A stretch of 24,064 bases of DNA from a virus (Duplodnaviria > Caudoviricetes), in IMG/VR virus record IMGVR_UViG_3300020045_003120, positions 1-24,064 of that record; one strand, written 5' to 3'. Below are positions 1-7,013 of this stretch, in pieces. The position numbers were made by a program, and so were the translations under genes. The notes under the pieces are model-generated. The model made no database searches. It saw only the letters and a program-made list of their open reading frames with translations, and was not told the DNA's origin. Within the stretch, counting starts at the first letter, position 1, and each line of letters opens with the position of its first letter.

Positions 1-104
1 CAAAAGACGATAAAGGTAAGATTTGCTTTTATTATGATAAGGCAGAATACAGGGATTGGTATAAAAGAAACGGGGGAACTATATTGGTGTCTATTGAAGG
101 TAGT

Positions 105-587
105 TTATTGACTTATTTTATCGCACCACACACTTTTGTAGGATGGATGGTAAATGTACCCGAATCTGTTGTAGTATTCCCTACCTGCGATATACATTGT
201 TGCAAGTGCGTGTTTGGCATCTGAATCAGGAATATGAATTAGCTTATCCATATTCCCATCTTCAAAGGGCATTAAAATGACTTGGTCAAATCCCCAAAAC
301 GTAAACCGCATATCATCGGACATTACAACTACTATATCTCCCCATTCAGGTAAATCCCTGTTTACTGCATGGATTTTAGAATCTGATAAACCCCATTGTA
401 TTGATACGTTTTGATATGAGTTTATACGCTCTACAACCTCTTTGTTGTTCATTGTTGGGTCATCAAGGTCAAGTGTAACGGATACATGGATATTTGCTGC
501 ATCCGCTACATTGTCCATGATTGAGTCAAGTCCTTGAAAGAATCTTTCCGGTCTACCCCGTGTCGGATATTTTATTAGTATCTTCAT
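105..587 (-). CDS. Phage glycosyltransferase (GT-A/GT2-like), probably C-terminally truncated
   Basis: MKILIKYPTRGRP N-terminus, DLDD and SDDM (DxD-like) motifs, SKIHAVN. ATG at 587 overlaps the GroES stop (ATGA). Ends shortly after YKSVWCD. Confidence 0.7.
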   Translation of the reverse strand: MKILIKYPTRGRPERFFQGLDSIMDNVADAANIHVSVTLDLDDPTMNNKEVVERINSYQNVSIQWGLSDSKIHAVNRDLPEWGDIVVVMSDDMRFTFWGFDQVILMPFEDGNMDKLIHIPDSDAKHALATMYIAGREYYNRFGYIYHPSYKSVWCDKISQ

Positions 588-847
588 ACTACTGCCCAAA
601 CATCGTTTACGTGAATCCAAGTACAGGATTTGTTGTTAAAGACTTGACCAACTCCCGAACCTGATGGATAAAGAACAGTTTCGCCTACTTTTACATTGGT
701 TGCTTTATCGCAAGCTACAACTAAGCCTTCTGATAAATCTGCATTGGCTGATGCTGCAATAACAATTCCGTTAATCTCCTGTTCCTTACGTGGCAATGGC
801 TCAACAATAAGCCTTAGATTCAATACTCCCGTTGGTAACTTTTGCAT
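584..847 (-). CDS. groES: GroES/Cpn10-like co-chaperonin
   Basis: 87 aa with the Cpn10 pattern RLIVEP...GIVI...GLVVA...VKVGETVLY...DVWAVV. Confidence 0.8.
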   Translation of the reverse strand: MQKLPTGVLNLRLIVEPLPRKEQEINGIVIAASANADLSEGLVVACDKATNVKVGETVLYPSGSGVGQVFNNKSCTWIHVNDVWAVV

Positions 848-1002
848 TACTTTATTTTTGGTTTATGTTTTACGAAAATTGTTTTACCTGCTTTGGGGTG
901 CGTATTTGGTACGATAATAACAACACCATCTAATTCACGCTTTAGTGTTAGTGGTACTTTTATCGCTTGCGTATAGCCGCTATTTTTATTTCTCTTTTTC
1001 AT
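847..1002 (-). CDS. Small basic hypothetical protein (51 aa, MKKRNKNSGYTQAIKVP...KPKIK)
   Basis: Read manually. ATGA overlap with the upstream gene and TAATG overlap with groES. Confidence 0.6.
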   Translation of the reverse strand: MKKRNKNSGYTQAIKVPLTLKRELDGVVIIVPNTHPKAGKTIFVKHKPKIK

Positions 1003-1331
1003 CCCGGTAATACTTTATTTACTTCCCTTGAAGTGGTTACTAAAGATATGAACTTTAGGGCTTCATCGTATGTTGAAAAATATGCCCTGTCGTTTTCTTC
1101 ATCTGTAAGATGCGATATTGGTGCAATATTAAGCGTCTTTCTGTTTACTGCCCAATATACTTTTCTTTCTGCTGTTCCTGTAAGTTCTGAAACTTTTTTT
1201 AGCTTATATGCCTCCATAAAAGCATCTAAATTGGATTCATATAACGCTTCTCTGTGGTCGAAAAATACTGTCACCCTTGATTTGTAGCAAAAATCTTTTA
1301 CCATTTCATCTGTCCACGGGAAGTTGTTCAT
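999..1331 (-). CDS. Hypothetical protein
   Basis: 110 aa ORF in a tightly packed minus-strand run. Confidence 0.65.
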   Translation of the reverse strand: MNNFPWTDEMVKDFCYKSRVTVFFDHREALYESNLDAFMEAYKLKKVSELTGTAERKVYWAVNRKTLNIAPISHLTDEENDRAYFSTYDEALKFISLVTTSREVNKVLPG

Positions 1332-1343
1332 TTTGTTTAGTTT

Positions 1344-1502
1344 TTATTTTATGTAACAATTTATATTTTCATCTCTCCATGACCTTTGACCTTCTAATAC
1401 ACAAGTATCATATACAAATACTTTTTCCGTAGTATTATTGGTGTAGCACTTTAGGCAATTAAACTTAACATCTGCTTTTTCACATGACGTAAATAAAATG
1501 AG
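1344..1502 (-). pseudogene. N-terminally truncated lipoprotein (Bacteroidota-style lipobox)
   Basis: Manual translation LILFTS-C-EKADVKFNCLKC...NCYIK*. No in-frame start upstream because the frame runs into the GC-rich junction. Confidence 0.55.
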
Positions 1503-1532
1503 TCGCGGAAAAACTCCGCGACAAAAAATGAG
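1495..1532. other. Junction between AT-rich and GC-rich segments
   Basis: Abrupt composition shift with truncated genes on both sides. AAAATGAG direct repeat (1495-1502, 1525-1532) around the hairpin GTCGCGGA-AAAAC-TCCGCGAC (1502-1522). Confidence 0.7.
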
Positions 1533-1537
1533 CCCGC

Positions 1538-2437
1538 TTGAAAGCGGCGCGGCTCGCTCTTGAGCGGCTGCTGACCGAAGAGCCAGCCATAGCCGAAAGC
1601 GCGGCCGATTCCGTCAAGCGCTCCGATGCGTACCGGATTTTGGACTCTCGAAAAGCTACGCCGGTTGCCGCATCAAAACTGCGCGGGTTGCTCGCAAGTG
1701 CATGGGATCAGGCGCACGACGCTGGGTTGCTCGATCAGGATTCGCCCAACTGGTGGCGCGATGTGATGCGCGGCAAGCTCAAGAGCAAGGGCAAGATCAT
1801 CGGCGGCGAACATGCCGGACCAGCGCGGCGGACTCTGAGCATTGATGAGGTTCGCACGCTGCTGGAATGGTTGCCCAACATGCACCAGATCGCGCAGGAC
1901 GCGATCACGCTGTACCTGTGGACGTGCGCGCGAGGCTCCGAGATTCTTGCGATGAGGCCAGAACACTTGCGCGAGGAATCGGGCGTGCTGTGGTGGACTC
2001 TTCCTGTGATGATGACGAAAAACGCAGGAAAGCCGCACGCTGTTGATCTGCGCGTGCCACTGTTTGGTAGGGCGCTGGAAGTCGTCAGGCGCAGGCTTGA
2101 GGCTGTAGGGCCGCAGGGGTGGCTATTCGATGTTGAGGATGGCGGTCAGTACCGACAGCACTACCTAAGCACATACGTCTATGACCACCAACCCTACAGC
2201 GTGAAGTCAGTTGCTAGGCCGCACCGGCTGACATTACCTGTGACGCACTGGACGTTGCATGATCTGCGCAGGACAGGGCGCACGCTACTCGCTGGGCTGG
2301 GGTGCCCGCAGGATGTGGCCGAAGCGATATTGGGTCACATGCCTGCGGGGATTGTTAGCGTCTACAACCGGCACTCGTTCGATTCGGAGCGGGTTGTTTG
2401 GCTGGCTAGGTTGTCGGAGCTTCTTTGTCGTGCGTAA
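1538..2437 (+). CDS. int: Phage tyrosine integrase (P4-like family), N-terminal arm-binding domain missing
   Basis: Catalytic set TCARGSE (R), TKN (K), HDLRRT (HxxR), LGH and VY (Y). In-frame TGA at 1529-1531 lies in the junction. Confidence 0.9.
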   Translation: MKAARLALERLLTEEPAIAESAADSVKRSDAYRILDSRKATPVAASKLRGLLASAWDQAHDAGLLDQDSPNWWRDVMRGKLKSKGKIIGGEHAGPARRTLSIDEVRTLLEWLPNMHQIAQDAITLYLWTCARGSEILAMRPEHLREESGVLWWTLPVMMTKNAGKPHAVDLRVPLFGRALEVVRRRLEAVGPQGWLFDVEDGGQYRQHYLSTYVYDHQPYSVKSVARPHRLTLPVTHWTLHDLRRTGRTLLAGLGCPQDVAEAILGHMPAGIVSVYNRHSFDSERVVWLARLSELLCRA

Positions 2438-2652
2438 CTAGGCGATCTGGTGTTCGGCAACGTGAGCGCAGCCTTTGCCTCCGCTGCGACAGCACGCCAC
2501 GCATCCCGGTACTCATCGGTCATTTCGTGCCAACACAAAGTGTGCTCGCCGTCCAGTTCCGCTCGGTCGGTCTTCTGCCATACCTCGAAAAGCACTTGGC
2601 CGAACTCTGTGCTCGAAACGACGCCAGCCGGCGCGGGGGTGTTCGTGTTCAT
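2362..2652 (-). CDS. Cassette A hypothetical protein
   Basis: 96 aa. ATG lies inside attC-A. The C-terminus runs antisense into the 3' end of int. Confidence 0.7.
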   Translation of the reverse strand: MNTNTPAPAGVVSSTEFGQVLFEVWQKTDRAELDGEHTLCWHEMTDEYRDAWRAVAAEAKAALTLPNTRSPSYARQRSSDNLASQTTRSESNECRL

Positions 2653-2700
2653 GGTGTGTCTTTCTGCGCCGTCAGGCGCGTCTCAGCGAGGGTGTTGGGA
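2599..2700 (+). repeat. attC site A (102 bp)
   Basis: GCCGAAC-TCTGT-GCTCGAAA-CGACGCC...GGCGCG-TCTCAGC-GAGGGT-GTTGGGA. 5- and 6-nt spacers. The extra C in L'' and extra A in CGACGCC give extrahelical G and T on the bottom strand. Confidence 0.85.
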
Positions 2701-3194
2701 TGCACGTCGCGCCATTCCCAGCGCTCGACCGTCTCAGTCCAGCGGGCCATAACCTGTTGCGCTTTACCGCACCAAAGACAAGCCCGCGTGTCGCCATCCT
2801 GCGTCCAGCGCGTGTCGTCGCCAATGAAGTGCATCTTGTGGTCCGCGTCAATAGCGCACCGGCCGTCAGCAACGTATCGCGGCCAGAAGTCGGCCACTTC
2901 CACCAGGTCGCGCATGTTCACCCAGCAGCCGCTTTCGGCTTTGGCTCCGTTGCACAGCACGTTCACCAGTCTCGCGCCGATCAAGTCGCCCAGGTCCAGC
3001 ATGCCAATCCACAACACGCCGTCAGCATCGCGGTAGACGCGGCTTGTCCAGGCGTGGTGCTTCTTGCTGCGCATGGTCAGCCACTTGTAAAGGTTCGGGC
3101 TGTACTTCGCGCCGTTGCGCGGGCTCACTGCGGCCACGTCCAGGCCGTTCGGTGCAATCCCAACTCTGCAATCCATCGAATTCGCTTCGCTCAT
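2649..3194 (-). CDS. Cassette B hypothetical protein (Cys/His motifs CAIDADH, CLWC)
   Basis: 181 aa. Start inside attC-B with GGAG 7 nt upstream; stop inside attC-A. Confidence 0.8.
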   Translation of the reverse strand: MSEANSMDCRVGIAPNGLDVAAVSPRNGAKYSPNLYKWLTMRSKKHHAWTSRVYRDADGVLWIGMLDLGDLIGARLVNVLCNGAKAESGCWVNMRDLVEVADFWPRYVADGRCAIDADHKMHFIGDDTRWTQDGDTRACLWCGKAQQVMARWTETVERWEWRDVHPNTLAETRLTAQKDTP

Positions 3195-3215
3195 CGCTGA
3201 TCTCCGGTGTTGGGC
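3158..3215 (+). repeat. attC site B (58 bp, 59-be-like)
   Basis: TCCCAAC-TCTGC-AATCCATC-GAATTCGCTTCGCTCATC-GCTGATC-TCCGGT-GTTGGGC. Central CGCTTCGC as in aadA-type attC. Confidence 0.85.
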
Positions 3216-3457
3216 GACTCGCGCAGCCTGTCCATCCCCCTGGCCACCAGCTCGATGTCATCCTGGCATTCGACGGCGGCGCATGGGCCTTCGTGCCCCT
3301 TGGCCCTGGTACAGCGCCAGCCAAACGGCGGCAAGTCGCACCGACTATCGGCTTCGTCATAGTCGGTGCAGTCATCGCACCCGTTGCAGCCCTGCTCGCA
3401 GGTTCGCTCCGGCACAGGCCGCCCAACTCTGCAATCCATCGAATTCGCTTCGCTCAT
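3191..3457 (-). CDS. Cassette C Cys-rich hypothetical protein
   Basis: 88 aa with CEQGCNGCDDC and CDLPPFGWRCTRAKGHEGPCAA. Same N-terminus (MSEANSMDCRVG) as cassette B because both are attC-encoded. Confidence 0.75.
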   Translation of the reverse strand: MSEANSMDCRVGRPVPERTCEQGCNGCDDCTDYDEADSRCDLPPFGWRCTRAKGHEGPCAAVECQDDIELVARGMDRLRESPNTGDQR

Positions 3458-3478
3458 CGCTGGCCTTCGGTGTTACCA
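3421..3478 (+). repeat. attC site C (58 bp)
   Basis: GCCCAAC-TCTGC-AATCCATC-GAATTCGCTTCGCTCATC-GCTGGCC-TTCGGT-GTTACCA. 41 bp identical to attC-B (3422-3462 = 3159-3199). Confidence 0.85.
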
Positions 3479-3702
3479 GCTCTCCCATCCCCCGACCCAC
3501 TAGGCGGCAGCTTTGCGCTAACCGGCCTTGTCCTGACCCACTCGCGCAAGTTCTCCACCGGATAGCCCACAAGCCCAGCCGATATTTCTCGCGGCATCAG
3601 AAGCGGCTCAGTGCGGCTCAGTCGCTCGAAAGTGCTGACGGACATTCCGCGAATCATTGCGGCTGCTGTGGGCTTGTCTACTGCTAGAGGCTCGATGTTC
3701 AT
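3454..3702 (-). CDS. AlpA/Xis-like excisionase (winged HTH)
   Basis: 82 aa, AAAMIRGMSVSTFERL...PREISAGLVGY...LREW. Distal end of the early-left operon, near int. Confidence 0.75.
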   Translation of the reverse strand: MNIEPLAVDKPTAAAMIRGMSVSTFERLSRTEPLLMPREISAGLVGYPVENLREWVRTRPVSAKLPPSGSGDGRAGNTEGQR

Positions 3703-4337
3703 TGCGCACCGCCGATCTTTTTCGTGCGCTCAATGGCGCGGACCAGTCTCATAAGCTCATGCATTGGCGATCCAATATGGGCGTTGCACTCCATGATTTC
3801 GTCTGAGGCAAACACCTGCTCTTCAGTCAGCGGCTGCTGTGGGTGGGTGTAGACGGCCCGAATGTCGAAGTTCGCCGGGTGCCGTTGTGCGTCATCAAGT
3901 GATTTTGAAAAACTGGTGTACGTCTCATCAGGCCTTCCAGTTGCACTGCTGTGAATCCATGAATAGACGTATCCAAACGGCTCACCTTGCTCTGGAGCTG
4001 GCTCTTGCTGCGCTGCCTGCTGGGCTGGCTGGGGTGCTTCTGAAAGCGCTGCATCCCAAAGACTCTCAAAGTCGGCGCCATGCATGGAGCCACCAGCAAA
4101 AGCGCTGTCGTCAACCTTATTCACAGCCGCCCACATTTCGCGCGTCAGTTCATCCGGCACCAGTTGCCACCCTTCCGGCGCAGCAGGCACAGGCGCGAGA
4201 GCCTGGATAGCTGCCCGGGCTTTCCATGCTTCCCATGACGACTGCTCAACTCCGCCAATGTCAAGGCTTTCCGGGAAGTGCCGTGCAACTGGTCCCCACC
4301 ACTGCCGCCACGCTTCGCGCTCTATCTGCTCATTCAT
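3699..4337 (-). CDS. Hypothetical early protein (mosaic Ea-like)
   Basis: Likely start MNEQIER at 4337 (ATGA overlap). PEGWQLVP and PLTEEQ modules typical of phage early genes. Confidence 0.7.
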   Translation of the reverse strand: MNEQIEREAWRQWWGPVARHFPESLDIGGVEQSSWEAWKARAAIQALAPVPAAPEGWQLVPDELTREMWAAVNKVDDSAFAGGSMHGADFESLWDAALSEAPQPAQQAAQQEPAPEQGEPFGYVYSWIHSSATGRPDETYTSFSKSLDDAQRHPANFDIRAVYTHPQQPLTEEQVFASDEIMECNAHIGSPMHELMRLVRAIERTKKIGGAQ

Positions 4338-4429
4338 GCTTTTCTCCCTACGTTGTAGCCCCACTGCCACACAGACAACAGGATTGCGGCGACAGACAGG
4401 CCAACTGCCCACCAATCAACGTCACACAT
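4334..4429 (-). CDS. Small membrane peptide (31 aa, MCDVDWWAVGLSVAAILLSVWQWG...)
   Basis: One hydrophobic helix, GGAG RBS, overlaps both neighbours. Confidence 0.55.
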   Translation of the reverse strand: MCDVDWWAVGLSVAAILLSVWQWGYNVGRKA

Positions 4430-5036
4430 GCTTTTCTCCCATTGCTGCGTTGATGGCTTCGCGTGCATTTCCAAACGGCTTTGATCGGTGTTCTTCGTTG
4501 TCGTCAAACCACCAAACACTGCAAGCCTCTCCGTCTTTGCTGTGGGTTACGCGAGCACTGTAAAAAATCACCCAATCCAGCCGCTCCGCATCCTTCCGCA
4601 GCGCTTCACACTCAGCACGCAGGCGCTCTAGTTCTTGCGCTGTGGTGGCAGGTTTAGTCAATGAAAGCAAATCACTTTGGTCTACTGAGGAAACCACCTC
4701 TTCAAAAGTAAAACCGCTTGGCTTGTGCATAAAACAACCATGTAATCTAAATGTGTTGTATTCGGTTAACGCATCTTCAACCTCCCAATATAGAGAGCCA
4801 TTGTTAGCAGACTGCTCCGCTGCAAAAACAAGACCATTCAATGAGTTGATTTCGGCACGCAGCTTTGCGTTTTCATTGAACAGCAGCGCATAGGCTTCGT
4901 TGCTGTCGGATAGCTCTTGCTCCATTGGGGAAAGGCGGCGGAGTTCGGCGGCTGCTGAATCGCCGTAAATGATGGCGTTGTCTGAGCGGCCTGCAATCTG
5001 CATCGCCAGCCACTCGGCCTTGGTTTGTTCTGTCAT
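4422..5036 (-). CDS. Hypothetical early protein with coiled-coil segments
   Basis: 204 aa with AAAELRRL, LRKDAERLDW and REAINAAM modules. Confidence 0.75.
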   Translation of the reverse strand: MTEQTKAEWLAMQIAGRSDNAIIYGDSAAAELRRLSPMEQELSDSNEAYALLFNENAKLRAEINSLNGLVFAAEQSANNGSLYWEVEDALTEYNTFRLHGCFMHKPSGFTFEEVVSSVDQSDLLSLTKPATTAQELERLRAECEALRKDAERLDWVIFYSARVTHSKDGEACSVWWFDDNEEHRSKPFGNAREAINAAMGEKHV

Positions 5037-5257
5037 GCTGAATCCTTAATGTTGCGAATTGCTCGCGTGATTTCTTCAATCTCTGCGCAAAGCTCAGGAA
5101 TACCCTGAGTCGTCATGTATTGCCCATCGTCCAAGTGATGAAGCAATACCGTTGCTTTGTCGCGCAGCAACTGAGCCGCTTGTTTCTGCGCTCTGTAGAG
5201 TGTTGATAGACGGCCCACGCGGGCCATCTTTGATTCATCGGACAGATCGGGTATCAC
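5033..5257 (-). CDS. Hypothetical protein
   Basis: 74 aa, ATGA-coupled on both sides. Confidence 0.7.
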   Translation of the reverse strand: MIPDLSDESKMARVGRLSTLYRAQKQAAQLLRDKATVLLHHLDDGQYMTTQGIPELCAEIEEITRAIRNIKDSA

Positions 5258-5925
5258 AGCGCAAGGTGAGCGCCGCGATAACTCAGCGCGTCACGGAATG
5301 GAATGTCGTCGTCCATGTCAGCGAAGCCAGAACCGCCACCGGAACTAGGTTGTGCAGCAGCACGGCCATCAGCGGGTTTTGCGGCTTTGATAGGACGGTG
5401 GTGCAGGCGCTCGACCATCTTCGGCAGCATCAGCGGAACGGTCTTTCGCTCCAGAATCTCGGTCGCTGTCAAATCGGTCTTGGCTTGGAAAATCCCAGCG
5501 ATCACCATGCGCGTTCCGGTGGTCTGGTCTTTTTTCAGGTAGTCCTCGGTTTCCATCAGCAGGCCGATGGGCTTGCCACACAGATCGGGAAACACCGTGG
5601 CCTGCTTTGTGACTTCGGCATTCGCGTCGTAGTCCCATGCCTTCACCGTGCCGGTCTTCGGCTCAATGTTGCGAAGCTGCATGCAAGTCATGATTGCCAT
5701 CAGCACGTCAAACCCCATGATGGTTTCGCCATTGGCCTTCTTCGTGTACAGAGACAGACTCGCCTGTTGCCCGTTGCATTCAAAGCGGAGTGCGATGCCC
5801 TTGGTCCCGGTGGTGGCGGTAATGTCTTCGGCCTGCGTGAAGACGCCGACATACTTGCCAATTTGGTTGATGCGGTTGCCGGTCTGGTCTGCTTTTTGAG
5901 CGGCTTTGGTGTCGAGTGCGTACAT
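5254..5925 (-). CDS. Phage ssDNA-binding protein (DUF669-like)
   Basis: Follows the Sak4-like ATPase. Gly-rich linker plus acidic FADMDDDIPF motif. Confidence 0.7.
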   Translation of the reverse strand: MYALDTKAAQKADQTGNRINQIGKYVGVFTQAEDITATTGTKGIALRFECNGQQASLSLYTKKANGETIMGFDVLMAIMTCMQLRNIEPKTGTVKAWDYDANAEVTKQATVFPDLCGKPIGLLMETEDYLKKDQTTGTRMVIAGIFQAKTDLTATEILERKTVPLMLPKMVERLHHRPIKAAKPADGRAAAQPSSGGGSGFADMDDDIPFRDALSYRGAHLAL

Positions 5926-5943
5926 GGTGAGGTTCCTTTGTGA

Positions 5944-6591
5944 TTAAGCGGGGGTGAGGTCGTAAAAGTCGCTGATTGCCTTGTCAACTTCGGCAAGGTC
6001 GTTCGGGATTGCGAGGTCTTGAAACATCCCAATCGGCGACTTGCAGCAGTCTTGTCCGTTGGTCTGCGTGCGAAAGGTGTATTGCCCGTTGATGACTTCA
6101 GTTCGCAGAACGATGGTGAAAAAGCCCTCCGGAACGATGTGTTGGTCAACTAGCTTTCCAACGGTCTTCATCCGAACGTTTCCGAATTCATCGGTATTCG
6201 TGTGTGCAAGGATGTAAACACGGCGGCGGTCATCAAGCGAACCGGCAGCATTGAAGATGTTCCAAGCGTTTTTTCCAATGTCGGTGAACTTGTCGTAACC
6301 CTTCTCGCTGGATCGGTTCATCAGTTCATTGACCATGACGGCCTGATAGTCGTCAATCACAACGATTTCTTGCGGAGAGCTGCGCATCAGTTTCTCAATC
6401 AGCACCGGGTCTGCGGTCTGAACCACATTGCCTTCTGACTTTGTGGAGAGCTTGACTTTCCACCCGGTTGACTTGAACGGAAGCGGCTTTCTGATGCACT
6501 GGATCAACAGTGTTTTGCTCGGATCAAAATTGCGAAGGCTGGTGGATTTCCCAGAACCGCTGCTACCTAGAATCAATGTTGCTGTGCTCAT
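5944..6591 (-). CDS. AAA_24/Sak4-like recombination ATPase
   Basis: Walker A GSSGSGKST, Walker B VVIDD, KGYDKF, ILAH, KTVGKL, CKSPIGMF. Confidence 0.85.
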   Translation of the reverse strand: MSTATLILGSSGSGKSTSLRNFDPSKTLLIQCIRKPLPFKSTGWKVKLSTKSEGNVVQTADPVLIEKLMRSSPQEIVVIDDYQAVMVNELMNRSSEKGYDKFTDIGKNAWNIFNAAGSLDDRRRVYILAHTNTDEFGNVRMKTVGKLVDQHIVPEGFFTIVLRTEVINGQYTFRTQTNGQDCCKSPIGMFQDLAIPNDLAEVDKAISDFYDLTPA

Positions 6592-6631
6592 TTGTGGGCC
6601 TCTGTGTTAACTGTGTTGGCTTGTTGAGTGG

Positions 6632-6796
6632 TTAGTGAATTGCTAGTGGGTCCTCCATGCGCTCGCGCTTTTCGTTGACTGGCGGCATGTTGCTTGGCGG
6701 GTATTCATAGCCCAGCGCTTCGCACAGTTGCGGCATAAGCTTGTCGGCTGTTTCGCTTTCCATGCCCATACAAAATAGGTCTTGCTCGGTAATCAT
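6632..6796 (-). CDS. Small hypothetical protein (54 aa, MITEQDLFCMG...)
   Basis: Read manually. GAGG RBS; fills the gap in the operon. Confidence 0.55.
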   Translation of the reverse strand: MITEQDLFCMGMESETADKLMPQLCEALGYEYPPSNMPPVNEKRERMEDPLAIH

Positions 6797-6803
6797 TGCA
6801 GCC

Positions 6804-7013
6804 TCACAGCGGTTTGATTTGCAACAGCACGGCCACGCAGATCATCAGCACACAAAAGCCGATCAGGAAAGCGCACAGCCATTCGCCAAACGTCCACGGC
6901 TCATCGCCTGCAAATTCAATCGGCTCTTTCTTTTCGCAAGCGGCCATGAATGCGCGTTGGCTGGCTTCAATGTCCAGCGGCTGGCCTGCGCGGAATCTGT
7001 TGGTTGTGTTCAT
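6804..7013 (-). CDS. Small protein with C-terminal TM helix
   Basis: 69 aa, GGAGG RBS, hydrophobic C-terminus. Confidence 0.65.
   Translation of the reverse strand: MNTTNRFRAGQPLDIEASQRAFMAACEKKEPIEFAGDEPWTFGEWLCAFLIGFCVLMICVAVLLQIKPL

Larger units (their letters stand above)
2453..3472 (+). mobile_element. Array of three integron-type gene cassettes (A 2453-2694, B 2695-3209, C 3210-3472), CALIN-like, with antisense genes
   Basis: Each cassette begins with a G|TT core that is the reverse complement of the R'' box of its own attC: GTTCGGC/GCCGAAC, GTTGGGAT/ATCCCAAC, GTTGGGC/GCCCAAC. Confidence 0.85.

Noticed and set aside
1538-2437. Integrase as integron integrase IntI
   Set aside because: Motifs resemble P4-like phage integrases (HDLRRT, AEAILGH, VYNRH). 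No IntI-specific insertion is recognisable, and an AlpA/Xis gene is nearby. An HMM test is still advisable.
3159-3462. 41-bp direct repeat as a CRISPR array
   Set aside because: Only two copies, separated by a 222-bp coding segment, and no cas genes. Explained as attC sites.
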